A stretch of DNA of 64,000 bases from Psilocybe cubensis (Eukaryota). The position numbers and the translations under genes were made by a program. The notes below the pieces were generated by a model. That model was not told where the DNA came from and ran no database searches. It was given only the letters and a program-made list of their open reading frames with translations. The stretch is from the NCBI GenBank assembly GCA_017499595.2, contig CM039002.1:2108001-2172000 (forward strand), given 5' to 3'. Of this stretch, positions 12,683 through 29,313 are shown in pieces (position 1 is the first letter of the stretch; each line of letters opens with the position of its first letter).

Positions 12683-15600
12683 ATGTCCAAGTCAACAAGC
12701 CCTTCGTTGAATTCCGACAAGGAAAGCGGTGACTCCAGTGAGGGTGCCAAGAAACATCAACAAGAATCTCCAGACGTCCTCCGACACAACAGATCTTGGT
12801 AAGAGGGCATCGACGTCATTTCATTTATTTCTTAGGCTTTGGTCTGATAGCCTTCTTTATGCAGGTGGCAGCGTGTTCCGTTCACTTCTACTAAAACCCC
12901 TCCTCCGCCATTGAAATCGCTCGATGATGCTCCTCTCCTTCCGGAAGCGACAGCTAATTTCCTCAGCAACATTACATTCACCTGGATAACCCCTCTCTTA
13001 AGTCTAGGCTATGCTCGTCCTTTGGAAGCTACCGATCTCTACAAACTACAACCTGACCGTGGGGCAGCTCATATCGCGCATCTTATCACTGAATCGTTTG
13101 ACCGTCGTACCCAAAAGGCTAACGACTACAATACCAAGTTGGCCAACGGCGAAATCGGCCCTGGTATAAAGGGCATCTGGTGGTCAATTCAAGGGAAACG
13201 CCAGGAAAAGGAAGCGGAATGGAGGCAAAAAACAGGCAAGAAGAAAGCCAGTTTAGTTTGGGCGCTAAACGACAGTGTAATGTGGTGGTTTTGGTCGGCT
13301 GGCCTTCTCAAAGTCGTCGGAGATACCGCACAAGTTACTAGTCCTCTCGTTGTAAAGGTGCGTGTTATTTTTTTTCTGGTTACCTCGTCTAACCTCTCTC
13401 CAGGCAATTATCAAATTTGCTACCGACTCTTATGTTGGCCATCGAACCGGGGCAGACAATATTCCTGGAATTGGTGTGGGCATTGGCCTAACATTTACCC
13501 TTTTTGCCATGCAAATTATAGTATCACTATGCACCCACCACTTTTTCTATCGCAGCACGTCTACTGGCGTTTTACTTCGTGGGGGGTTGATTACTGCCAT
13601 CTATGACCGTTCCCTCAGATTAACATCCCGAGCTCGATCTACATTGACTAACGGGAAACTTGTCAACCACATTTCTACGGACGTATCGCGCATCGATTTC
13701 TGCGCAGGTTTCTTCCATATGGTACGTACTGAATTAAGCAACTTTCTTTGTTCTGGATACTCACGTTCTATGTAGTCATGGACGGCGCCAATTCAGATGA
13801 TTATCTGTTTAATCCTTCTCCTCATCAACTTAGGACCTTCCGCTCTCGCCGGTTTCGCATTTTTTGTTCTTGGAACACCTGTTCAAACATTCGTCATGAA
13901 AAAACTATTTGCCTTGCGACGAAAGAGTATGGAATGGACCGACAAGCGGGCAAAATTACTTCAGGAACTTTTGGGGGGCATGAAAGTGATCAAATTCTTT
14001 GCATGGGAAATCCCATTCCTTGCACGAATTACACAATATCGCAGGAATGAGATGGCGTAAGTTCGGTTTTCGGAAATCCTTTGCACTCATGCTTAACTGT
14101 TTGATCTAGATATATCCGCACACTGCTCGTCATTCGTTCTGCCAATAACGCAGTAGCGATGAGCATGCCCGTCCTCGCGTCCGTTATTGCCTTTATCACT
14201 TATTCTGCCACTGGACACACTTTGGAGCCTGGAGTTATCTTCACTTCATTGTCTCTGTTTAATCTACTTCGGCTTCCTCTCATGTTTTTGCGTAAGTTTA
14301 TCTGCTTTGTCGGCGTAACATTCCCCTCACATCGTTTTAGCTGTCTCCTTCAGTTCTATCGCCGACGCTCAAAATGCCATTGGTCGACTGTACGGTGTTT
14401 TCGAAGCGGAACTGCTTGAAAAGACACATACAGTCGATCCTTCAATTGAGAATGCACTGGAAGTAAAAGCAGCATCATTCACTTGGGATGCTCCGCCTCC
14501 GGATGAGGGTGAAAAGAAAGGGAAAAAATCTAGCGGTTTGATGAAGTCTTCGAAAACGAAAGCCAAAGCCAAAGCCTATGAAAAGAAGCGCGCCGCCGAC
14601 ATGGAGGAAAAGGCTAACGGTGAAGAAGAGAGAATATTCAAGATGAACAATATTTCTTTGAGCATTCCACGAGGCCAGTTAGTGGCTATTGTAGGCCCTG
14701 TGGGTAGCGGGAAAACAAGTTTACTGCAAGGATTAATTGGGGAGATGCGAAAAACATCTGGTGATATCGTTTTTGGTGGAAGTGTCGGTTACTGCCCACA
14801 GAGTGCGTGGATTCAGGTACGCCCTCGGTTTAAACTTTTGAATCCGGACAACTCATCAACGTATTGATACTACTTGCAGAATGCCACTATTCGCGAAAAT
14901 ATATGTTTTGGGAGGCCCTTTGAAGAAGAAAGATATTGGAATGCTGTCCGAGATTCATGCTTAGGACCCGATCTTGAAATGTTGCCGCACGGAGATTTGA
15001 CCGAAGTTGGAGAAAAGGGCATTTCTCTTTCCGGTGGTCAAAAGCAGAGAATCAATATATGCAGAGCAATCTACTGTGACACCGAAATACAAATATTCGA
15101 TGTGCGTTGTTCTTTATTCCTACTTACGCGAATTTTTGACGAGCAATCGACAGGACCCCCTATCCGCACTCGATGCACATGTAGGCAAAGCTGTTTTCCA
15201 AAACGTCCTGCAGAACAGCCTTTCTGAAAAGACACGCATCCTCGTTACACATGCCTTGCATTTCTTGCCTCAAGTGGACTACGTTTATGTTATTGCCGAC
15301 GGGACCATTGCTGAACAAGGCACTTATGCGGAGCTCATTGCACGCAAGGGCGCATTCTCTGCTTTTATTGCCGAATTTGGCGCGGCCGAAGAAGACGAAG
15401 AAAAAGAGCAGGAAGATGAAGAGGTTGCCATTGATGAAGCTTCATCAGCTTCAACCAAGGTCAAGGAAGGCGCAGCTAAATCGAAGAAGGAAAAGGAGGG
15501 ATTGGACAAGGTCAAATCGTCCGTTGGCGGTGCTGCCCTGATGCAGACAGAAGAAAGAAATACTGGTGCAATTTCTTGGGACATATACAAGGATTATATG

Positions 15601-18600
15601 AAAGCTGGTCGCGGGTCTGTGGTGGTGCCGTCACTTTTGTTATCGTTGGCCCTCTTACAGGGTGCAACGGTGATGTCATCTTATTGGTAAGGAAATAATG
15701 CCTGACGCTTATATGCACTGTTTATTTACCGAATCATATAGGCTGGTTTGGTGGCAAGAGAAGTAAGTATTCTTGCACTTGCAAGCCGTTCTTTAGCTTA
15801 TAGCATTACAGCACATTTGAACGTTCCCAGGGTTTCTACGTACGTCGATGTATTTTTTCCGTTGGTTTTCATGTTAACGTCTCTAAATATTAGATGGGTT
15901 TATATGCAATGCTTGGAGTAGCCCAGGCTATATTCTCATTTACCATGGGAGCGACGTTTGCTTTGCTAACATTTTTTGCATCACAATCGCTTCATAAGGT
16001 ACGCTGTTTTTCGTGTCAATTTGTATACCTGACCAATGCCGTGTTGTAGCAAGCTATAAAACGAGTCATGCACGCCCCAATGTCATTTTTTGAAACAACT
16101 GTAAGTTGTTTATCGCGTAACCTTTCATCTATCTAATTATCCATCTATTAGCCCCTTGGTCGAATTATGAATCGCTTTTCTAAGGATATCGACACAATCG
16201 ACAACTTGCTGGGAGGTTAGTACAATTTTTATATACGAGGCAATGTTTGATGATATGCGTGATTGTAGATGCTCTTCGTATGTTCATGGCGACATTCTCC
16301 GCTATCATAGGCGCTATCATCTTGATTTCCGTTGTGCTCCCATGGTTTTTGATCGGTGTTTTCGCTATCTGTCTTGGATATGTTTATGCTGCCGCTTTTT
16401 ATCGTGCAAGCGCACGCGAATTGAAGGTTCGTGGCCATCTTCCGTAGTTCGAGTTCGTCATTAATTGGAGTTATCTTTCCAGCGACTTGGTGAGAACTTT
16501 TTTTCGGCTCCAAAACATCGTGAAGGTCGAACTGATGTTTTCTTTACGAAGATGCTGTATTGAGGTCTTCACTCTATTCACATTTTTCGGAAAGTCTTTC
16601 TGGTTTGGCGACCATTCGTGCATACGGAGAGGCAGATCGTTTCCGATCTGACAATGAAAAACGAGTTGACGTCGAGAACAGAGCATATTGGCTCACTGTC
16701 ACCAACCAGGTATTTCAGGTGTTAAAACATTTTTAATTTTATTACTAAAATCAAGTGTACAGCGTTGGCTCGGAGTCAGACTGGACCTTCTAGGAGCGTC
16801 TTTGACTTTTATTGTCGCAATACTCACCGTGGGCACACGGTTCAGTATTTCACCTTCTCAGACCGGTTTGGTTCTGTCTTACATTTTAAGTGTCCAACAA
16901 GCGTGAGTTATGTCTGGACCCGCTTGATTCGGATCGAGCTTTCACTGACATGGCGATTTTTTTAAATATCAAGTTTCGGTTGGATGGTTCGACAAAGTGC
17001 TGAAGTGGAAAACGACATGAACTCGGTAGAGCGCATAGTTTATTATGCCCATGGCGTCGAGCAAGAAGCTCCCCATGATATTCCTGACAAGAAGCCCCCT
17101 CCGTCTTGGCCTGCAGAGGGACGACTCGTGCTTAAGGATGTCGTGTTGAGCTATAGACCAGAGCTCCCTGCTGTGCTTAAAGGCATCTCAATGAATGTGG
17201 CGGCTGGAGAGAAAATCGGCATTGTGGGAAGGTAAATGGGAAAATGCTGTAGGGGGTATATGCGACTGACCAAAACCAAATTTTTATTTAGGACTGGCGC
17301 GGGAAAGAGTTCTATCATGACTGGTGAGCCCGAGTTGTGTGAATAATGCCGAGGGAGGCTTGATGATGATGATCCCCAATAGCTCTTTACCGCATTGTCG
17401 AACTTACGTCCGGTTCGGTTGTTCTGGACGATATTGATGTTTCCACCATTGGTTTGGCTGATTTGAGGAAGGGCCTCGCCATTATTCCCCAGGACCCGGT
17501 AAGCTTGTTCATCGAATCGATTCTTAGCTCAGAAATTAATGCGTTTATCTAGCTTCTCTGTAAGGCATTTCCCCCTATATCGGACACATTTATGTCGAGA
17601 TGTTGATTCATCCGTTTGCACAGTCTCCGGAACACTGAGATCGAACCTCGACCCATTCAATCTGCATGATGACGCCACACTCTGGGACGCGCTAAAACGA
17701 GCACACCTCGTCGAGTCTTCTGCCGCGAAACAACGCAACTCGACGACCGAGGACGAAACGCCTGGCAGTGGCACGCAGACGCCCGTGAACCGGTTCAGTC
17801 TCGACACGGTGATCGAAGACGAAGGTGGTAATCTCTCCGTGGGCCAGGTGTGTAAACCAAGCCATGATATATGATGGATGTGGACGCGCGAACGCGCGCG
17901 GTTCCTGACCTGGTTTTGTCCCCCCTTTTCTTTTTTGCTTCTTTTGAATTTGCTCTGTTAAAGCGGTCGCTCGTGTCGCTGGCTCGCGCGCTTGTCAAGA
18001 ACGCCAAAGTGATCATATTAGACGAGGCGACAGGTATTTGAAGCCCTTGTCAACTTCCAACCTCTGTGCGGTTGTGCTGATTCTGGTCCTAGCCTCCGTG
18101 GACTACGAGACCGATCGCAAAATCCAAGATACCATTGCATACGAATTCAAAGACCGGACGATTCTGTGCATAGCTCGTGAGTTTTTTCTTTTTTCGGTTT
18201 TCGGGTCAAGGATGGAGCTCCTTCCAAGCCCGTTTAATCCATTCATTCAATCGTTTTTGATTTTCTTCTGTTTCCCATCACCTGATCCATGACGCTTACT
18301 GTTTTGTGTTTCTGCCTCTTTCCTTCCATGAAAAACAGACCGGTTACGCACTATCATAGCGTACGACCGTATATGCGTGCTTGACGCCGGACAGATTGCC
18401 GTGAGTTGCCTCCCACCACGAATCCGTGTGAAAATGCATCTAACGTTTTTTTTTGCCACTTCTTGAAAAAAAACAAAAAAACGACAAATAGGAATTCGAT
18501 ACCCCTGCGAATCTGTATGAAAAACCGGACGGCATATTCCGCGGGATGTGCGAGCGCTCTTCGATCACGATAGACGATATCAAGTTGGCGTCCAAGGCGC

Positions 18601-18629
18601 TGCACGCTGACGACGTGGACGAAAATTAG
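12683..18629 (+). CDS. ABCC (MRP/YOR1-type) full-size ABC transporter, >20 exons
   Basis: NBD1 Walker [10 protein letters not shown], signature [23 protein letters not shown]2 [35 protein letters not shown] motifs [16 protein letters not shown] and [13 protein letters not shown]-like tataaaa at ~12639. Confidence 0.93.
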
Positions 18630-18698
18630 AAGAAACTGACTTTTTTTTATTCTTTCGATGCTGAACAATGCAGCTCTTCTGCAATTGTACCGCGACGA

Positions 18699-19985
18699 GA
18701 TCTGACATGATCTGACATGATTTTGATTTGGATATGTTATGTTATGATATGATATGGACGAATGTAGTTAATGCGCTTCCTATCTTCACATCTACACTTT
18801 TCTCTCCATGTTTTTTTTTTGTTTGTTTGTCACCAGACTGTAGCTTTGGGATTTCATGTACTTACATAGAATGCGAGAGCGCCCGGGCTTGTGCGTCGCG
18901 TAGACGGGTAGAAAGGGGGGTATACATGTACATTTTCATTGTACAGTTGTACATTTTAGTGTACAAGGAAGGGGAGTTGTCGTTGTCGTTGTCGTTGTTG
19001 TTGTTGTTGAGGAGGAGAGGGGCAATGTGTAAAGAAAAATGATGCTTGGATTGATTGATGGATGGGTGGATGGGATGGTTTGCATCCCAATGATAATGAT
19101 ATTAGATGCGAGCAACATTGAAAAAAAAGAAAAGAAAGGAAAGGAAAAGAAAAGAAAGAAAGGAAAAGAAAAAGAAAAAGTGTGTAGTGCAAGGAAGAAT
19201 TCAAGTGGTGTTGTGTTGAAAGAAAAAGTGTAAAGGGAGAACAATGAAAATTGAAAAAGTGAAGAAAAAAGAACACAAAATTTGTTTAGAAAGTGAAAAA
19301 CGGGCAAAACTGAAGAAAAAAGAAATGAAAAAAAGACACACAAAAAGAAAAAGAAAAAGAAATGAAAAAGAAAAAGAAAAACTGTTCGTACACTAGCCCT
19401 AAACAACAAGTACTAAGGCTACATGAATGTCAGCCAGCCAGCCAGTCAAAATCAGTCAAATCAAAATCAAATCAAATGGGTCGCATCGGGATTGGGGTCT
19501 GGTCTCGTCGGTTGGGGTCATCACTGGGCGTCATGAGAAAGGTGTATCTGTGTATCTGTGCATGTATGGTGCGTATGAATGTGAGGGGAAGGAAAGGAAA
19601 GGTCGTAATACAATCGAAGGAAAATCAAGCGGGACATGATCAAGGGATGGGCGATGGGCGATGGTTGGGTGGTTGGGTGGATGGGTGCGGATTCGGGTAC
19701 GGGTACGAGGTGAGGTACGGGGCGGTGCGGTGCGGTGTGTTGATGTGATATACAAACGAACAAACAAACAAACTGTGTGTGCTGTGTGGTGTTAAAGGTG
19801 CATGTATGTAACACTTGTGCATGTAAGCGAGAGAGAGGCAAACGGACAGACAGACAGACAGAGAGGGAGACTGAGTGAAAAGAGACGGAAAGATGGGACG
19901 ATGGAAGACGGAGAGTTAAAAGACAGACAGGACAGAAGAGAACAGAACAGACAGATAGAAATAACGGAAAGATATAACGGTGATT
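18699..19985. repeat. Compound simple-sequence/low-complexity tract between convergent genes
   Basis: Consecutive short arrays: (gatctgacat)2, (gttgtc)n/(gtt)n, (gatg)n, (gaaaa)n, (tcaaa)n, (gcggt)n, (caaa)n, (gaca)n. Strong purine bias on the + strand. Confidence 0.85.
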
Positions 19986-19994
19986 AAGAATTTC

Positions 19995-21983
19995 TCAATC
20001 CGTTAAAAACATTTTTCTGAGGTATTCCGTAGCGGCCTGCTTGAGATTCGCCTCTGCATTCGGGTTATTTATCAACTCCTACACAGCACACACAAAAAAA
20101 TATCAGATCAACAACACACTCAACAGCATAAAAAAGCATCACAAGATGAAAGAACGAAAGAAAAAAGAAAGAAAGAAAAGACACATACAATCGCTTTCTC
20201 CGTCTTATTCTTATTCACCGCAGACTTATCCTGCTCCTTCTTGGCATTAAGCTCGCTGACCTCGCGCGCCTCGCGCCGGCGTATATACTCGAGCTTCTCC
20301 TGCGCGAGCTTGGTCTGCAGCGTCAGCAGATTGAGGCAGCTCGAGATGAGGTCCTGTGTGATCGCCACGTTCATGAGCGAGGCCGGGTCGCCCGTGAGGA
20401 TCGGTGTGGGCTGGGGCTGGGGCTGGGGCGCGTGCGCTTGTTGTTGCGCTTGCTGCTGGACTTGTTGTTGTTGTTGACGCTGTTGTTGGTGTTGCGATTG
20501 CTGCTGCTGCTGCTGTTGTTGCTGCTGTTGTTGCTGGTGCGATTGCGGGGGCTGTTGGTGCTGGGGTTGGGGCGGCTGATGTTGTTGGGGTTGATGCTGA
20601 TGCTGCTGCTGTTGTTGTGGATGCTGCTGCTGCGGTTGCGTATGCGATGGACCAGGCCGCAGACCAACAGACGGCGTCTGCGCCAGAGGCGGCGGCGGCT
20701 GAGGCGGATTATCACGCAAATCTCTAGGGTTGATATACACATGCTGTTGTTGCTGTTGCTGTTGCTGCTGCTGCTGGCGGTCGTGCGCCAACCCATTCAT
20801 ACCATTCATATGGGACGACGGATCGCCAAAGTCGATCTGCTGCTCATCGTCGTCCTGCTCGTCTCCACCCACCATACTGTTATTACCCACGCCCGAGTTC
20901 CTTCCCTGCACCGGCCGCGTCGTCGCCGGATCGCCATGCCACCTTATACCCAGATTGTTTGAACATGCCACAAGAGATGGACGGGATGAATGCAAGGCAC
21001 CACTCACCGCTGATAAAAGAGGTCGTACCAGCCGACGCGATGCCAGTGGTCGATGGTGCGCGCGGTGATATTGCCGACGTCGCTGCCCGACTTGCGGGCG
21101 ATCTGCAAACGCCGCTCGTACTCCCGCAGCCTGTCGGCCTCGCCCATCTGCGCGAGATTCGCCTGCCCGGGCCCCGCTGACACATGCGCGGTCTCAAATG
21201 CGTATATCTGCTTGAACAAGTTGAAGTTGCGCTCATAGCAGCCTTTCAATGCCTGGTACGTCTTTTTCCCGCCAAAAACCTCTGCTGCGCACTGTTAAAA
21301 GAAAAAAAAAATTCCGGTGAATTAGCGGACAAAGACGATAGGAAAGAAAAAGAGACGGTACATCTCGCAGACACGAATTTTTTGTGGCACGGAGTGCATT
21401 CCAGTGGTCTTCGTGGCCCATGCCCATGAGCCAGGTGAAGAGCTTTGATTTTTCATCGTCAGTCCAGTGCTTTGCGCCCTGGCCGGCACCCTCGAGATCG
21501 TACATGTCCGAGTCGTCTGCGGGGCCGGTCTCGCGCCTGCGCTTGAGGGCGGCGGGAGCGAGGGCGGGGTCGACGTGCTTGCGCTTCATGGCGGGGGATG
21601 TAGCGGCGGGACCCTGCTGAACGGAAAAAGCGAGCGGGGGGTGGTTTGAGGCCGTGGGAGCATGAGAAGCGGCCTGCTGAGCGAGGGTGGGCGGGGAAGT
21701 AGATGGGTTGCGATAGTCGGCGGGGCGGGAGTAGGAGTTGGCGGGGAGATGGTTGCCCAGCGCCTGGCCGAGCGCGTTCTGGTGGAAAGAGGACTGGTGG
21801 TGGTCAGTAGAGTGGGAGAAGGGGAGAAAGAATGAGATGGACGCACGTTGGAGTCGAGGTTGGGGTCTCGCCTGTCCTGAATGGGAAGGTGGCCGTGGCC
21901 GTACTGCATGGCGGAGTCGCTAGACCATCGTGTTCAGTGAGTGTCAGACGCTCGCTCGCCCGCCGCACTCACCTTTGGTCCAT
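19995..21983 (-). CDS. Gln-rich hypothetical nuclear protein with a Myb/SANT-like WTDDEK motif, multi-exon
   Basis: Exons read KHWTDDEKSKLFTWLMG...LRATKNSCLR, ALKGCYERNFNLFKQIYAFE, then a polyQ tract and a coiled coil. Last exon ELINNPNAEANLKQAATEYLRKMFLTD* stops at 19995. The start may extend to in-frame ATGs at 22037 or 22049. Confidence 0.7.
20440..20777 (-). repeat. CAG/CAA trinucleotide repeats encoding polyglutamine
   Basis: (ctg/ttg)n runs on +, in frame with the Q-rich exon. Confidence 0.85.
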
Positions 21984-22100
21984 GCAAATTGAGCCACTTG
22001 CAATTGGATCGATCCAACTTGGCTCATCCTGGCTCATACTGGCTCGCATCACCTTTGATTACTAATATCCCCTATCTACTTATCTACACATATATATTTA

Positions 22101-26473
<4,373 letters not shown>

Positions 26474-27318
26474 TATGCATGTATATAGAGTAAATAGGGA
26501 CTTGTGAGGGCTAGTATAGGACAGAGGAGGAGGAGGGAGGAGCAGCTCGTCGACGGAGACGGTGAACTAGGTTGTTTGACTTTGTTTACGCATGCACTTG
26601 GCTGGTTTGGCGCGGTCTGACCAATTCAAGTCTCGTTGCGCCTTTGATCGCGAACCCCCAGCTTACCTGCTGACTATATTTATTCAGCGCACATGCGCTT
26701 GCATGGCCTCTGCAGCGCCGGCACTCGAAAAGCAGCTGCTGTGAACAGGAGATCATGGCATCCGACCGTTTTTCTGTCGGCTGGGACTGAGGCGAGCTGC
26801 TTACATGCAGCGGTTCACGGTGACAGCAGATTGATAATCGATTTGTGACTCCGGACCATGGATTGTAAATTACAGCTGGCAGACTTGTGAAAGGGCGGAT
26901 TAACTCCCTTGTGGGAGAGCCCAACATAAAATAAAAAAAAATAACATTCAAGTTTCATCCGGCACAGCACAAGAAAGCCACGGCTATTTCCAGGTCTGTC
27001 CTGGCTCCAACCCTCCCCAGTGAGCGTGCGAACGTGTGCGGTGCTCGCCCTTTGAATCTCTGGTTTTGAGGGGGTTTTGGAGCAGGCAAAAGGTGGATTT
27101 GTTTTTCAGCGGGGTATTTTCCCGGCAAGGATAATTGTAAAAAAAAGGAGGAACGGAGACATTGTGGTGGCACTGTCGGCGCCAAATAGGGACCAACAAT
27201 TGTATTAGCCTCCCGTCGTGGTGACCTGTTAAGGATCCATTTGGCTTTGCAAGCACACAGTGCTCTCCGCTTTTTCCCCTTAACCACTTCCACCACGTCC
27301 TACACAGCGACACAGACA

Positions 27319-29313
27319 ATGGCGGCGGTACATCCGCTGCCAACCCAGCTTCTTTCTCAGTATGCTCGTCAATCCCTAAATGGCATCAACCCTGCTGGTC
27401 CGAGCGGTATGCCCTCCTCACCGGTGGCGACCAGGAAGCGCAAGCGCGCCCATCAGTACACTGTCAGCTACAGCGAGGTCCAGGAGGTCGATAGCAACGG
27501 TCGCCTTCGAGAGGTCATCGTAATCGACGATACACCACCCCCTCCACCCACCATCTCTCCTTCCACGACCCATAATGGTGCTTACTCTGCGTCCTACCAA
27601 CCCCCAATGTATGCTGCCCCAATACGGACCAGAGCCCGCGCTGCAGCAGAGGCTCAGGCTCTCTCAGCCAGCTCCTCGTCAACTACTACCGCCCCAGCTC
27701 CCAAGAAGAGAAAACGGGACCACAATGAAGAGGTCCGTGCGCCGGCGTCCAAGAAGCCGGCAGCCACTAGCAGCCAGTCTCAGGCAGTTGTCACTGCTAA
27801 ATCTTGGGAGAGCCGCAGCGGAGCTGCCACTGACGATGTACGTTGTCTCTTGTTCGCTTTTTCGTATGTTTCTCATTGACAACATCGTCATTTTTCTTTA
27901 GACATCGAAAGGCCCTGTGTCCTGTGATGATAAAGAAGGCCACTACATTATCGTCCCCGATGACATGATCCACCGACGTTGTATGTTGCTCTTCTCATGT
28001 CATACATACCTCCTCTTAACTTTATGTCTCTAGATCGAACGGTTCGATTGCTTGGTCAAGGAACCTTCGGCAAAGTCGTTGAAGCCATCGACACTGAAAA
28101 CAATACTCGGGTAGCCATCAAGATCATCCGTGCTATTCCCAAGTATCGTGATGCTAGTAAGATTGAAGTACGGGTACTCCAGAAACTCAGAGAACGTGAT
28201 CCAACAAATCGAAAGCAAGTATCTATCTCTGTTCAAATATCTTGATGAAAGCCAACCGAATTTTCTTTTCTTAGCAACTGCATCCACCTCCTTAGTTGGT
28301 TCGACCATCGGAACCACATATGTCTAGTGTCTGAGCTTCTGGGGATGTGTGTGTATGACTTCATCAAGGAAAACGATTTCGCCCCCTTTCCTCGTCACCA
28401 CATCCAGAAGTTTGCACGACAGCTGCTCGGCAGTGTAGCATGTGCGTTTTTTTCATCGATGTTAATCCACTTTACTCACGTTCCACTTTCTATAGTCTTG
28501 CATGACCTGCGGTTGATCCACACGGATCTGAAACCAGAAAACATTCTACTGGTTCACAACGATTACCGGACTGTTCATGTTCCTGTGCCAAATTCGAAGG
28601 TAACCTACCTATCCTACTACACTTGCCACATGTCTAACTAATGCTCGGTAGCGCAACGCAACTAAGCCAAAGCGGATACTAGAGTGCACAGATATCCGCC
28701 TGATAGATTTTGGCTCCGCTACTTTCGAACAAGAGTACCATTCATCGGTGGTGTCCACACGACACTATAGAGCCCCAGAAATTATTTTGGGTACGGTACA
28801 CGTCACTGCATCCAACTGCTCCATTCTCACCACTCTTCATCAGGACTTGGCTGGTCGTTCCCCTGTGATGCGTATTCATTAGGCTGCATCTTGGTGGAGT
28901 TCTACACAGGTCTTGCACTCTATCAGACGCATGATAACCTAGAACATCTTGCGATGATGGAGATGGTTATGGGTAAAATGCCAGAACGCTTCGCCCGCGC
29001 AGGCGCCAGATCGAAACCTGAATTCTTCAAGGATGGCAAATTAGATTGGCCCAAGCCTAAAGCCACACGGCAAAGCAAAAAAGATGTTCGCGCAACACGT
29101 TCGTTGTCGGTACGTTGATAATGCCTTGATTTCATTGTGTATATGAGTTTAAATCTGGGCGTCTAGGAGGTGATACCGCCATCGGACAACATCAATCGAC
29201 AGTTTGCTGACCTGGTCAGGAAACTTCTTGCTTTCGATCCTGCTCAGCGGATCACTGTGCGAGAGGCACTACAGCATCCATACTTTTCCTTGAACATCCC
29301 TCCGGAGATATAA
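27319..29313 (+). CDS. lkh1: LAMMER/CLK dual-specificity protein kinase
   Basis: [54 protein letters not shown], and the signature [11 protein letters not shown]. Confidence 0.93.

Noticed and set aside
18728-19987. Multiple ORFs in the simple-repeat tract
   Set aside because: Translations are poly-K, poly-F and poly-T artefacts of microsatellites.
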